A stretch of DNA of 64,000 bases, taken from NCBI GenBank assembly GCA_003170275.1, contig PNAM01000053.1, forward strand, positions 1 to 64,000. The letters are read 5' to 3'. Positions 52,342-63,300 of the stretch are shown one piece after another. The position numbers were made by a program, and so were the translations under genes. Under the pieces are notes generated by a model. It was not told the origin of the DNA. It did no database searches and saw nothing but the letters and a program-made list of their open reading frames with translations. Source of the DNA: Myxococcales bacterium (GTDB lineage: Bacteria; Myxococcota_A; Polyangia; Palsa-1104). Each line of letters opens with the position of its first letter. The stretch's first letter is position 1.

Positions 52342-53102
52342 TGGCCACCGCGCTCCCCGCGCTGTTCATCGCCGGCTTCATCGTCTTCGTCGCCCGTTGC
52401 GCGATCTACGGCATGCCGCGCAGCCCGCGCATCGACAAGCTGGCCGCTTCGCGCCTGGTGCCGCGCGTGATCCTCGAGTACGGCTACTGGTTCCTCGGCC
52501 TGCCGGTGCGCTTTTTGGTCGCGCTCGACGTCAGCCCCAACTCGATCACTCTCAGCTCGCTGGTGTTCGCGTCCAGCGCGGGCGTGCTGTTCGCCGAGGG
52601 GCGCTTCGGGCCGGGCGGCTGGATGCTGTTCGCCGCGCACACCGCCGACGCGCTCGACGGCATGGTGGCGCGCGCCACCGGCGTGTCCTCGAGCCGCGGC
52701 GCGTTTCTCGACGCGCTGGTCGACCGCTACGCGGACTTCGCGTTCTATCTGGGACCGATGTGGTACTTCCGCGATCAGCCGGTGCCACTCGCGCTGGCGG
52801 TCTCGGCGCTGATCGGCTCGTCGGTGATGGGCTACGCGCGCGCCAAGGGCGAAGCGGTCGGCATCGATCCCAACGTCGGCTGGATGGCGCGTCACGAGCG
52901 CGGCGTGGTGCTCGGCTGCGCGACGGTGCTCGCGCCGATCGTCTCGCCCTACCTGGTGTGGGTCGGCCTGGGCTCGATCGGCCTGTTCACCAACATCACC
53001 GCCATCTGGCGCGCCGTGTACGTGATGAACCGCATGAAACCGGCCGTGCCCGTCGTCGATGCGGTCGACGAGACGCAGCCCGATCCGCGCGGCAACGTGT
53101 AG
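52341..53102 (+). CDS. CDP-alcohol phosphatidyltransferase
   Basis: SPNSIT; 'DALDGMVARATG..S.RGAFLDALVDR'; TGATG coupling. Confidence 0.9.
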   Translation: MATALPALFIAGFIVFVARCAIYGMPRSPRIDKLAASRLVPRVILEYGYWFLGLPVRFLVALDVSPNSITLSSLVFASSAGVLFAEGRFGPGGWMLFAAHTADALDGMVARATGVSSSRGAFLDALVDRYADFAFYLGPMWYFRDQPVPLALAVSALIGSSVMGYARAKGEAVGIDPNVGWMARHERGVVLGCATVLAPIVSPYLVWVGLGSIGLFTNITAIWRAVYVMNRMKPAVPVVDAVDETQPDPRGNV

Positions 53103-53222
53103 CTCGCCAGCCCACGCGGGCGACGATTCCACTGGCGAGTGTAGCTTCGCGGGCAACGCGCGAGCGCAGACGGCGACGTCGTAGCTGCGCGAATCGCGCG
53201 TGATCTCACGGCTGCGTTCGCG

Positions 53223-53238
53223 CGGCACGACCGGTGCA
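53223..53238 (+). promoter_or_regulatory. Putative sigma54 promoter
   Basis: CGGCACGACCGGTGCA, GG-N10-GC spacing. Confidence 0.55.
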
Positions 53239-53284
53239 ATGCCGGCGCGCGTCTCCATCAACCCGCCCACAGAGAGAGAACCCC

Positions 53285-55126
53285 ATGACTTCGACCGCCA
53301 AGTCTCGTTCATTTGGATTGCTCGCGCTGCTGTTCGCCGCTGCGGGCGGATGCGCGCCAACGGATCTGCAAGGTGAGCCGATCCCCGGCGACGATCGTGC
53401 CGAGCTGTACCAGGGCAGCGGCGTCACGCTGTGGCCCAAGGGCGTGGCGCCCGTCTGCTACAGCACCACCGACGGCAACAACCAGTCGCTGCTGACGCAG
53501 GCGCAGAACATCGTCAACGTCTACGGCTGGCCGGCCGTGGCCAACGTCTCGTTCCCCGGGTGGGCCGCGTGCGGCGCGAATCCGTCGCCGAGCAGCGGGC
53601 AGATCCGCATCCACTTCGCCAGCGGCTCCAACGGCAACACCTCGCGCGAAGGCGCAGGCGGCTCGCAGTTCACCGACGTCACGCTCGCCAACGACGCCAC
53701 CGCGCAGCACTTCCAGTACGAGGTGCTCCACGAGCTCGGCCACGCGCTCGGCTGGGACCATGAGCAGCAGCGGCCGGACAACTACCCCACCGGACCGTCG
53801 GGAGCCGAAAAGTACTGCACCAAGAATCAGGTGGGCCAGGGCGAAGATCAGACCGGCACGGATCGCACCAGCTACTTCGACACGCAGTCGATCATGAGCT
53901 ACTGCACCGGCTGGTCGTGGATGCTCAGCCCCGGCGACGTGGCCGGCGTGCAGGACGCCTACGGCTTGCGGACGCCGACGGTGAACGGCCAGAACAGCAG
54001 CAACGCCGCGGCGTCGCGCACGGCCAACAACCTGGACACGTTCTTCGCGCACAACGACGGCAGCATCTGGACCTCGTACTGGTACAACGGGCTCAACACG
54101 TCGAGCTGGCCGACCTTCCAGCTGCCCGGCGCCGGCCCGGGCACGGCTCCCAAGTGGGCGCCGATCGCCACCGTGTCCCGCTCGGCGAGCAACCTCGACC
54201 TCTTCTACGTGAGCCCGACCGGCGCGATCAACACCTCGTACTGGTACTCGACCAGCGGCTGGGGCTCGACCGTGCTGCCGGGCACCGCCGGCCTGGCGAC
54301 GCCGGGCGCGCAGATCGCCGCGGTGTCCTCCTCGCCGGGCGCGCTCGACGTGCTGTACGCCGGCAAGGACAAGAACCTCTACTGGAGCCACTGGTCGGGT
54401 CAGTGCAGCGGCTCGGCCACGCAGTGCGGCTGGCAGAGCCCGGTCAAGGTGGTCTCGAACGGCACGGTTCCGGTCGGGGCGGCGATCACGGCCGTCGCGC
54501 GCACCGCGGATCGGCTCGACGTGTTCTACATCGAGAGCGACGGCGTGCCGCACACCTCGGCGTGCTACGGCTTCGGCGCGAGCGGCGCCGGCTCGTGCAC
54601 CGCGGGCAACTGGAGCAACTTCAAGCTGGCGACCTCGGCGTCGTGCGCGGCGACTCCCGGCGGCAACATCGCGGCGACCGCGCGCACGGCCAACAACATC
54701 GACATCTTCTACGTCAACAAGCAGGAGGCGATCTGCACCAGTTACTGGTCGCCGGTGGCCGGCTGGAACAGCTTCCCGCTCACGGCGAACAACACGCTGG
54801 CGAGCTGGTCGTCGATCGCGGCGGTGACGCGCACGCCGGGCAACCTCGATCTGTTCTGGATGGGCACCAACGCGCAGGGCACGGGCGAGATGCACACCGC
54901 GTTCTGGGCCGCCGGCGGAAGCTGGGGACAGATCGATCTCGGCGGGCCGTACGGCGGCGTCGGCATCCCCGGCGGCGTGATGGGCGCAGCGGCGCGCACG
55001 TCGAACAACCTCGACATCTTCGCGCCGGGCGTGCTGCTGTTCACCAACCAGTTCACCTCGCTCACCACGTCGTACTGGTACACGGGCGCGCGCAACTGGA
55101 CCACCTATCAGAACGACAGCTACTAG
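53285..55126 (+). CDS. Metzincin metallopeptidase lipoprotein with a lectin-like beta-propeller
   Basis: HELGHALGWDHE, Met-turn SIMSY; six 'A..R..NNLD.FY...G.I.TSYW' repeats. Confidence 0.85.
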   Translation: MTSTAKSRSFGLLALLFAAAGGCAPTDLQGEPIPGDDRAELYQGSGVTLWPKGVAPVCYSTTDGNNQSLLTQAQNIVNVYGWPAVANVSFPGWAACGANPSPSSGQIRIHFASGSNGNTSREGAGGSQFTDVTLANDATAQHFQYEVLHELGHALGWDHEQQRPDNYPTGPSGAEKYCTKNQVGQGEDQTGTDRTSYFDTQSIMSYCTGWSWMLSPGDVAGVQDAYGLRTPTVNGQNSSNAAASRTANNLDTFFAHNDGSIWTSYWYNGLNTSSWPTFQLPGAGPGTAPKWAPIATVSRSASNLDLFYVSPTGAINTSYWYSTSGWGSTVLPGTAGLATPGAQIAAVSSSPGALDVLYAGKDKNLYWSHWSGQCSGSATQCGWQSPVKVVSNGTVPVGAAITAVARTADRLDVFYIESDGVPHTSACYGFGASGAGSCTAGNWSNFKLATSASCAATPGGNIAATARTANNIDIFYVNKQEAICTSYWSPVAGWNSFPLTANNTLASWSSIAAVTRTPGNLDLFWMGTNAQGTGEMHTAFWAAGGSWGQIDLGGPYGGVGIPGGVMGAAARTSNNLDIFAPGVLLFTNQFTSLTTSYWYTGARNWTTYQNDSY

Positions 55127-55369
55127 CCGCCGTCTCTCTCCTCGCGCAAACAAGTTAAAAAGTTAAGTCCGCTCGTTATCTCTTCCTCCGGGCAGGGCTG
55201 TCGCTCGGTCTCGCGCCAGCGCTGCCCGCAACACGTGCACTCCTCTCCCGCCGGCATCAGCTCCTGGCCGATGCAATTGGGGCAAGAGCGGCCGTCGTTA
55301 ACAAGACTTTACATGTTCATTCGTCTTGATCCGCATCGGTTTCCGGTGTCGCGGCACAAAGGACGTCGA

Positions 55370-55480
55370 GGTAACTGCAACGGCTTCTGCGTCGACCTGC
55401 AGAGCGGCACGCAGAACTGCGGCGCGTGCGGCTCCGCCTGTGCGCCCGGCCAGGGCTGCGTCGCGGGCAAGTGCCAGTGA
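55370..55480 (+). pseudogene. Orphan Cys-rich (STIG1-like) repeat fragment
   Basis: CNGFCVDLQSGTQNCGACGSACAPGQGCVAGKCQ* with no credible N-terminus. Confidence 0.5.
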
Positions 55481-55521
55481 GGTGATCCCGCGCGCAGCTG
55501 TTTAATGGTAAAGCTCTGACC

Positions 55522-56067
55522 GTGAGCTGGCGGCAGCGTGCGGTGGCGGCCCTGGCCGCGTGCTATCTCGGGTGCATCTGGCTCGACGCCATCGGCACCG
55601 GGATCCCCAACCACCTCCTGCCCGGCCCGGCGCGGATCTTCGTGCAGGTGGCGCAGCTGTTCCCCTACGCGGCCGTCGAGGTGACCGACTTTCGCGCGCG
55701 CGGTTATCGCTGCAGCACGAAGAAGTTCGAGGAGCTCGACCTCGCGCCCTACTTTCCCATCCACTCGGGCGACAAGGAGGGGCGCTTCGACCGCGCGATG
55801 TTCTTCTATCTCAAGCAGCGCGAGGTGAAGGAGGCGCTCGACCAGTACATCGCCGGCGCCGAGGGACGGCGCGGCCCCGAGTACGCGCTCGGCGGCGTGA
55901 TGCTGCTCAGCCTGCGCTGGCCGATCCCCGCGCTGGGCGCGAGCGAGGAGCGCTACCGGCGCATTCCGCTCGAGGACGTGCCGCGCTCGGTCGAGCGGCA
56001 CTTCTGGTACGTCACCTCGATCGCCGAGCGCGAGCGTCGCTGCGGGGAGAATCCGGTCACGCCATGA
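55522..56067 (+). CDS. Membrane-anchored partner of the HTTM protein (SdpA/DUF5819-like architecture)
   Basis: One TM, 'QLFP', ATGA overlap with the HTTM gene. Confidence 0.55.
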   Translation: MSWRQRAVAALAACYLGCIWLDAIGTGIPNHLLPGPARIFVQVAQLFPYAAVEVTDFRARGYRCSTKKFEELDLAPYFPIHSGDKEGRFDRAMFFYLKQREVKEALDQYIAGAEGRRGPEYALGGVMLLSLRWPIPALGASEERYRRIPLEDVPRSVERHFWYVTSIAERERRCGENPVTP

Positions 56068-56990
56068 TCGAGCGCTGGCGACGTTGGCTCGCGCAGCCAC
56101 AGCCGGTCGAGCGGCTGGAGCTGTTGCGCATCGCGCTCCCGCTGGTGATCCTCGGCTTTCTCTCGACGCGGCTTCAGCACGCCGACTATTGGCTGAGCCC
56201 GGTCGGCTTCCAGGTGCCGCGCCTCCCCGCGGGCGATTGGCGCCAGCCGCTGTACCTGCCGCCGCTGCCGCCGTGGCTGGCGTGGACCGTGGCGGCGGCG
56301 ACGGTGACCTCGGGTCTGGCGGTGGCCGCCGGGCTGCGCACGCGCGCGGCGACCGCCACCTTCGCGCTGTTGCTCTTGTACCTGGTGCTGGCCGATCGGC
56401 TGGAGACCTTCACCGTCACCAAGCTGGCGCCGGCGCTGGTGCTCGCGCTGTGCCTGAGCCCGGCGGGTGCGCGCTACGGCGTCGACGCGTGGCTGCGCCG
56501 GCGACGGCAACCGGACGCGCCGCTGGTCACGCAGGTGCCGGGCGCGAGCATCCGGTTCTTCCAGCTCTTGCTGGTGGTGCTGTACTCGGGTTCGGGGATC
56601 GCCAAGCTGCGTGGCGACTGGCTGTCGGGCCCGGTCTTGTGGACCCACGTGCACGACAGCTACCAGACCGCGGTCACCTGGTTCTTCATCCGCGTGTTTC
56701 CAGGTTGGCTGTGGCGCGTCCTGCAATGGGCGACGCTCGCGTTCGAGGTGGGCGCGCCGGTCTGGTTCTCGCTGCGCGCGACCCGCACTGCGGCGCTGTT
56801 CGCCGGGCTCGGCATGCACGCGTTCATTGGCCTGATGTTCGGGCCGGTGGTGTGGTTCGCGCTGCTCATGAGCACGCTGCTCCTCGCCAGCTTCGCCCCC
56901 GAGCGGTGGCTGCGGGCCGCGCCGCCCCCCGAGCAACGCGCCGCGTCGGCGCGCCACAATCGGCCACCGACGGCCACAAAGCGAAAATAG
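56064..56990 (+). CDS. HTTM-domain membrane protein
   Basis: 'LELLRI', 'YGVDAW', 'YSGSGIAKL..DWLSG', 'TLAFE', 'MHAFI'. Confidence 0.85.
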   Translation: MIERWRRWLAQPQPVERLELLRIALPLVILGFLSTRLQHADYWLSPVGFQVPRLPAGDWRQPLYLPPLPPWLAWTVAAATVTSGLAVAAGLRTRAATATFALLLLYLVLADRLETFTVTKLAPALVLALCLSPAGARYGVDAWLRRRRQPDAPLVTQVPGASIRFFQLLLVVLYSGSGIAKLRGDWLSGPVLWTHVHDSYQTAVTWFFIRVFPGWLWRVLQWATLAFEVGAPVWFSLRATRTAALFAGLGMHAFIGLMFGPVVWFALLMSTLLLASFAPERWLRAAPPPEQRAASARHNRPPTATKRK

Positions 56991-57119
56991 CTGTCCCGCT
57001 CCCGTCGACCCCGCGACCGGCGCCGGCTCGCTGCTCAGCACCACCAGCGTCCAGTTCTGGGGCGCCGGAATGTCCCCCGACGTGCCCGCCAACACCTGCC
57101 CATAGGGTACAGTGCCGGG

Positions 57120-58586
57120 ATGCGAATTCCTGGTGTTGCCCTTTGCTTGATGTTTGCGGCCTGCTCGAGCCCTGCCAGCGCCCCGTCGGACATGGGCGCC
57201 GACTTCGCCATCGCTCCGCTCACGCTCTTGCAGGCGTGCACGGACTCGATCGCCGATGTGTACACGCTGCCCGCCGGGTTGCCGCCGTACGACGCGACGC
57301 ACCGCGGGGACGTGGTGCGCTGCGCGCTCGACCAACGAATGGGCTCGGACAAGCTCAATGCGCAGGCGACCGCGCTCGGGTACACCGGCCCGGCGCTGCC
57401 CAGCGGCGCCACCATCTATCGCATCACCTACCGGACCGAGCGCATCGCGGTGAACGGAGCGCCGGCGCCCGAAGGGCTGTCCTCCGCGCTGCTGTTGGTG
57501 CCGTCGGTGCCACACAAGACCGGCGCGTTGGCCGTCTACTCCCATCCGTCGATCGGGGTCGCGGACGGCTGCGCGCTCACGCGCGTGAGCCTCTCCGCTG
57601 CGAGCGACGGCAGCGACGTGGTGCGCGCGCCGATCCTGGCGATGGCCGGCTATGGCTGGACGGTGATCGCGCCCGACCAGGCCGGGTTCGGCTTCAACGC
57701 TCCGCCCGGCTGGTCGGTCGCCGAGGACGAGGCCCACAGCCTGCTCGATGCCACCCGCGCCGCGAAGGGCCTGCTGCCGGCGGCGATGCTGCCCGACCCG
57801 GTGGTGATGGTGGGTCACTCCCAGGGTGGTCACGGGGTTCTGTCGGCGCACTCTTTTGCCGCCACCTACGGAATGTCGGGCCACCTGGTCGGAGTGGCGG
57901 GAATGGCGCCGTTGTGGATCAGCGCGCTGGCCTGGGGCGCCGGCCTCTCGCCGCTGGCGCAGTTCAACACCACGGACAACGCCTACTTCATCGAATACAT
58001 CCTCGATTATTTCTACTCTCACGGCGAGCTCTACGACGGGCCGGGCGGCGGAGTGGCGATGCTGATCGCGGCCAAGCGCGCGCAGGCGAAGACGCTCGTG
58101 ACCACCACCTGCCTGGACGACTTCGCGATGCAGCTCCCGTCGCTGGGACATACGCCGGCGGACTTCTTCGATCCGGCGTTCGTCAGCTCGCTCGGGCAGT
58201 GCGGGGTCGGGTTGACCGACTGCAGCGACTCGCCGGCCTCGATCTGGCTGCCGCGCTTTTTGGCCGATCGCCCGGTGCTGGCGCCGAACGGCGCGCCGGT
58301 GGTGCTGTGGTACGGCGGCATGGACACCACCATCGCGCCCGGGTACGCGCAATGTGAGCTCGACAAGCTGACGCGCGACCGCGTCGGGCCGCCGGTGGCC
58401 ACCTATCCGCTCACCGTGTGCGGCGATCCCGGTTCGATCCACACCGAGATTGCCCGCCGCAACATCACCTGGGTGAACCAGTGGATCGGCGCGCGCGCCA
58501 CCGGCGACAGCGAGCCCGCCGCCTGTGCCCCGCCCGATCAGCCCGACGGCGGCACCGCCTGTTCGACCCCCCCCGCAAACCAGTAG
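57120..58586 (+). CDS. Secretory lipase (LIP-family alpha/beta hydrolase) lipoprotein
   Basis: FAAC lipobox; YRITYRT, HPSIG, APDQAG, GHSQGG. Confidence 0.85.
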   Translation: MRIPGVALCLMFAACSSPASAPSDMGADFAIAPLTLLQACTDSIADVYTLPAGLPPYDATHRGDVVRCALDQRMGSDKLNAQATALGYTGPALPSGATIYRITYRTERIAVNGAPAPEGLSSALLLVPSVPHKTGALAVYSHPSIGVADGCALTRVSLSAASDGSDVVRAPILAMAGYGWTVIAPDQAGFGFNAPPGWSVAEDEAHSLLDATRAAKGLLPAAMLPDPVVMVGHSQGGHGVLSAHSFAATYGMSGHLVGVAGMAPLWISALAWGAGLSPLAQFNTTDNAYFIEYILDYFYSHGELYDGPGGGVAMLIAAKRAQAKTLVTTTCLDDFAMQLPSLGHTPADFFDPAFVSSLGQCGVGLTDCSDSPASIWLPRFLADRPVLAPNGAPVVLWYGGMDTTIAPGYAQCELDKLTRDRVGPPVATYPLTVCGDPGSIHTEIARRNITWVNQWIGARATGDSEPAACAPPDQPDGGTACSTPPANQ

Positions 58587-58657
58587 CCCAACTTCCAAAA
58601 ATGCGTATGATGCCCCCCTAAACCGTGAGGCAAGCTTTGCAAAAGGAAGAAAAAGGC

Positions 58658-58882
58658 GTGGGCAGCCCGCTCGGAAGGCCGCTCGAAGTCGAGGTCCGGG
58701 ACAGTCTGGAAAAGGCGATGAAGCTGCTCAAGATGAAGATGTCCAAAGAGGGCATCCTTCAAGAGGTCAAGCGTCGTCGTTTCTACGAGAAGCCCAGCGT
58801 CAAGAAGAAGCGCAAGATGCGTGAGGCGCGCAAGCGGCGTCGTCGTGACGCCAAGCGGAGCGGCGGCGGGTTCGTGAAATAG
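58658..58882 (+). CDS. rpsU: 30S ribosomal protein bS21
   Basis: 'LEKAMKLLK....EGILQEVKRRRFYEKPSVKKKRK'. Confidence 0.95.
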   Translation: MGSPLGRPLEVEVRDSLEKAMKLLKMKMSKEGILQEVKRRRFYEKPSVKKKRKMREARKRRRRDAKRSGGGFVK

Positions 58883-58890
58883 CCGCGATC

Positions 58891-59202
58891 GTGGTCGCTT
58901 CGGCGATCGGGGGCCAGGCGCTCGAGGGCGCCGAGCCCCTTTTAGAACGGCTCGATCTACCCGAGGCCGCGCTGGCCAATCTGGCGCGCCTCGCGGGGGT
59001 TGGTGAGGAGGCCTTTGCTTGCGCCGGTGGATGGGCCGCGCGCGTGGAGCTGGCCGGGACCGCGCTGCTGGTGCGCGGCGACGAAACGAGCTGGGCGCTG
59101 CTCTTGCCGCCCGGCGCGGATGACGACGACGCGATGCTGACGGCCAGGAAGCTGCACGCGCTGCTCGGCGAGCAGGCCGACGGGTGGGATCTCGATCGCT
59201 GA
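58891..59202 (+). CDS. Hypothetical protein
   Basis: ORF directly after rpsU with GC3 bias. Confidence 0.45.
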   Translation: MVASAIGGQALEGAEPLLERLDLPEAALANLARLAGVGEEAFACAGGWAARVELAGTALLVRGDETSWALLLPPGADDDDAMLTARKLHALLGEQADGWDLDR

Positions 59203-59206
59203 GCGG

Positions 59207-60301
59207 TCAGCGCTCGGCGTAGGCATCCAGATCGAACTGCGCGTCTGTGGCGGTCACGCCCGGCGCCGGGCGCTCGCGGATGTAGCGCTCGTCGGCGGGC
59301 GGCACCATCGACAAGAAGTGGCCGGCGAGCAGCGGATCGCTGGTCACGGCGCGCCGGTGCAGCGCGGCGATCAGGTTCAGGTACATCCGCCGCCGGCGCG
59401 AGCGCGCGACGATGCGGCGGATGCGCGTGGTGATCATGGCGAGATCGTCCACGCCGATCAGCACGAAGTCGGCCGCGCCGGCCTGCACGGCCCCGAGCGC
59501 GCGCACGATGTCCACCTCTTGCGTCACCGCCAGGACCTCGACCTGCGGGTTGGCGGTGCGCAGCGCCAGGATCAGCGCGAGCGCTTCGGGCCGCGCCAGA
59601 TCCACCACCACCGCGTGCGGCGGCGAGGCGCTCACGACCAACTCCAGCGCAGCTTCGGCGCTGTGCACCTTCGCGCGCAGGCCGGCGGCGGTGAGCTGGC
59701 GGGTCAGCGCGAGCAGATCGAACAGCAGGTCATCGAGCAACACCACGCTCAACGCCTCGTCGATGGTGCGCTGCGACGCGCCCAGCTCGCCCTTGAGGTC
59801 GGCGAACAGCTCGCCACCGCTGCGGGGCGGTTGCAGGAGCGTCGCGAGATCGCGAAGGATGCGATCGAACACCAGCGCGCTGAGGGTGCGATCGAGCAGG
59901 GTTCGCGCGCGGCTCTGCACGTGGACCATGTCGAACGGCTTGGCGAGGTAGTCGGAGGCGCCCACCAACAGCGCCTCGGAGATGGTCTCGGGCGACGGGT
60001 AGCCGGTGATCAGCATCGAGGGCAGCGCGAGCTTCGCCGCCGTCACCCGGCGGATCAGATCGATGCCCGATTCGCCGGGCAGGTTCTTGTCGGTCACCAG
60101 CAGGTCGTAGCGGGTGGTGCCGATGCGCTGCCAGGCTTCTTCGGCCGATTCGGCGGTGTCGACGGTGAAGCCGTCCTCGGCGAAGAACTCGCGCAGCACG
60201 GCGCGCACCGGCGCCTCGTCGTCGACGACCAGGATGCGCGCCTGCTGAAGGAGTCGCGCGCGGAACGCCTGCCAACCGGGTACCAGCTCATCCAATCCCA
60301 T
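59207..60301 (-). CDS. Response regulator with two receiver-like domains and no recognisable output domain
   Basis: 'ILVVDDE..LLVTDKNLP..ITG..YLAKPF'; second, degenerate REC. Confidence 0.85.
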   Translation of the reverse strand: MGLDELVPGWQAFRARLLQQARILVVDDEAPVRAVLREFFAEDGFTVDTAESAEEAWQRIGTTRYDLLVTDKNLPGESGIDLIRRVTAAKLALPSMLITGYPSPETISEALLVGASDYLAKPFDMVHVQSRARTLLDRTLSALVFDRILRDLATLLQPPRSGGELFADLKGELGASQRTIDEALSVVLLDDLLFDLLALTRQLTAAGLRAKVHSAEAALELVVSASPPHAVVVDLARPEALALILALRTANPQVEVLAVTQEVDIVRALGAVQAGAADFVLIGVDDLAMITTRIRRIVARSRRRRMYLNLIAALHRRAVTSDPLLAGHFLSMVPPADERYIRERPAPGVTATDAQFDLDAYAER

Positions 60302-60321
60302 CGCGTTATTCTAACCCGAGA

Positions 60322-63300
60322 CTAGCGCGCGACCACGGTGATCGGCCTGGGCGGGCCGAGCTCGCGGGCGTTGAGGGTCAGCTCGACGCCGTGCATGCCC
60401 GAGGCGAGGTGCACCGGGATGCGGGTGAGCTTCTCGCTCGCCTCGCCCTCGTCCCACAGCACCCAGAGCGTTGCGTCGAACGCGCGCACCGTCTCCGCGG
60501 CGCCCGGGCGGCGGACCGCCAGGCGGTAGGCGCCGGGCACGAGTCGCGCGAGCCGCACCGCTTCGATCCCGACGGCGCCGCCGAGCACCGGCGCGCGACG
60601 GGCGAGCTGATCGCCCGGCGCGGTGAGCTCGAGCTGCAAGCGCGCGTCGGGGTGGGCCCAGGTGAGCCCGACCAGCACGCGGCCGGCGCCGCCCGTCGAC
60701 AGCACGCCCGACTCGCGGCTGCGCGCGGCGAGGCGCGCGGTGAGCGCGACGTCGCTCGCCCGGCGCGCACCGTCGCGCAGCGCAGCCAGGCGCAGCTCGT
60801 GCCAGGCCTGCGCCCAGGCCGCCACCTCGTGCCCGCCGGCGCCGGCCTCGACCGTCTCGGCGAGCCGATCTTCCAGGCGCAGCGCTTCGTCGATGCGCCC
60901 CGCGCCCGCGGCCGCGCGCGCCAACAACAGCAGCACCGACGAATCGTTTGGCAACAGCCACGCCAGCGTGGAGTACTCGCGATAGGCGTCCTCGAAGCGA
61001 TCGTGCGCGCCGTACAGATCGCCCAGGCGGCGGCGCGCCCACGGATCGAACGGCGCGAACTCGACGATCTCGGACCACGCGCGCGCGGCCTCGCTCGCGT
61101 CGCCGCGGCGCGCGAAGAATTCTCCGACGCGCTGGCGGGTGGTGACGTCGGCGGCCGGATCGCCGCCCAGGCTGTAGGCGACGCGGCTGGCCTCTTCTTT
61201 CTGGCCCGCCTCTTCGAGCAGCTCGAGCAGCCGCACGCGCAGCGCGATCCCGTCGGGCGAGAGCGCGAGGAATTGACGCAACACCTTGATGCGCGCGACG
61301 GCGTCGGGCGCGCGCTTGAGCTGCTGTTCGAGCAGCTCGGCGGAGACGCCGCCGTCGAGCGAGAGCCCGCCGCGGATCGCGCGCACGTCGTCCGCGCTGC
61401 GCACCGCGCGCAGGATCTCGCGCTTGAGGTAGGCCTGCACGTCGGGCGCGCGCGGAAAGCGGTGGAACAGATCGATCTGATACAGCGTGCGTCCCACGTG
61501 CGGGCGCAACAGATCGAGCAGCGCGCGCCGATCGAGCCAGGTCTTGAGCTCGCAGGCGCGTTCGGCCTGCCGCCACACCGCCATCGCGCCTTCGACGCCG
61601 GGATTGGAGCCGAGCCGCTCGCGCCACAGCCCGCGCCGCGTCGACAGGTACTGATGCGACGCCGCCGAGCAGCGCGCGCTGGCGCCCAGCCGGCCGTCCT
61701 CCGCCTCGAACTGCCAGGCGCGCACCAACTCGCGCACCTTGGCGTCGGGCGGCGGCGGCAGGCGCATCGCGCGCACCGCCCGCAGCATGCACGCCTCGAC
61801 CTCCCCGTCGCGCAGCGACGACGAGAGCAGCTTGGCGTCGGGGATCTCGCCGCCCAGGCCGATCTTGATCTTGAGCTCCACGCGGCCCGACAGCTCCGGA
61901 TGGTTGGCGGCCTTCTTGTCGTAGCAGGCGCGCACCGCCTCGTCGTGCTCGCCGAGCACCTGTTGGTAGAGCGCGCCCAGATCCGAAGAACCCGACGGGC
62001 GCGAGGTGGTGTCCTCCTCGAGCACGATCGGCGTGTCGTCGGGCGGACCGTCGCTGAGCGCGGCCGGAACGCCGGTCTCGTCGCCGAAGCTCTGCAGCGG
62101 CTGGTAGGTGGTGCCGCCGAAGTCGGTGGTGACCAGCGCCGACCAGGGCGTGACCAGCCCGAAGCGCGTGCCGATCTGGGTGACCGCCTCGCGGCCCGCG
62201 CCGCGCGACAAGAGATCACCGAGCCGCCCGGCTGCCCAGCGACGGCGCAGATCGCCGCCCTCCTCGATGGTCACCGGCGCCAGCTTGACCTCCTCGGTGA
62301 ACGGCTTGCCCGCGCGCCGGCCGCTGAGCGTCAGCTTGACCGGCGCCGCGCCGCGCAGCCGGCCGTACAAACGCAGCGGCTCGCCCGCCGAGATGGTGAG
62401 CGGCCCGGCGGGGTAGAGCACGTCGACCGACGAGCCCAGATCGACCGTGACGTTGCGCAGCGTGGGCAGCGCGGCGGCGGCGAGCACGCGATAGGCCGCG
62501 TGCGCCGCGTCGGGGCGATCCTCCACGCGGGTGGTCAGCGCGCCGCTGGCGATCGCCGAGAGGATCTCGCCGCGCGCATCGGCGCCGACGCCGACCGAGA
62601 AGATGCGCGGCAGATCGTCGCCCAGCCGCGCCAGGCGATCGGACAGCTCGCGCGGCAAGAGCGGCCCGACGGTGGGCCGGCCGTCGCCGATGTACACCAC
62701 TACGCCCTCGGGCCCGGCGAGCTGCGCGGCGGTGGTGAGCGCGACCCCGAGATCGGTCGCGCCCGCGGGAGGCTGGCGGGCGAGCGCATCGAGCAGCTCC
62801 TCGGCCCGTTTGGACGAGAGCGGGGCGAGCGGCGGCGCGGCGCCGAGCGGGCGCGCGTCGACCGAGGCGGCCAGCACCGCGACGCGATCGCGCGTGGTGA
62901 GCTGGCGCAGGATCGCGTCGACGACCGCCTTTTCCAGATCGAGCCGCGTCGGATCGGTGGCCGCCGAGACGTCGACCAGCAGCACCAGATCGAGCGAGGC
63001 CGGCGGCGGCGCGAACGGCGGGTCCACGCCGACCAGCACGTAGCCCTTGCCGACGTCGTCGCTCGTAGCGACGGTGTAGGCGGGCAGGGTGGCGGGTTTC
63101 TCGTCGAGTAGATCGACCGCGAAGTCGGCGCGCGGCCGGAAGTCGCTGCGCCGCAGCACGACCTTGTTGTTCTCCACGCGCGCGCCCATGCCCGCTTCGA
63201 GCGCCTGCGCGCCCGCGCGGGTGGCGTCGAGCTCGAGCGAGAACTCGCCGAGCAGCGGCGGGTTGCCACCGCCCATCGCGTACACCCAGGTGCGCCGCTG

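Noticed and set aside
55123..55308. Minus-strand zinc-ribbon-like frame (CPNC...CTCC)
   Set aside because: No start codon upstream of the first Cys pair; at most a relic
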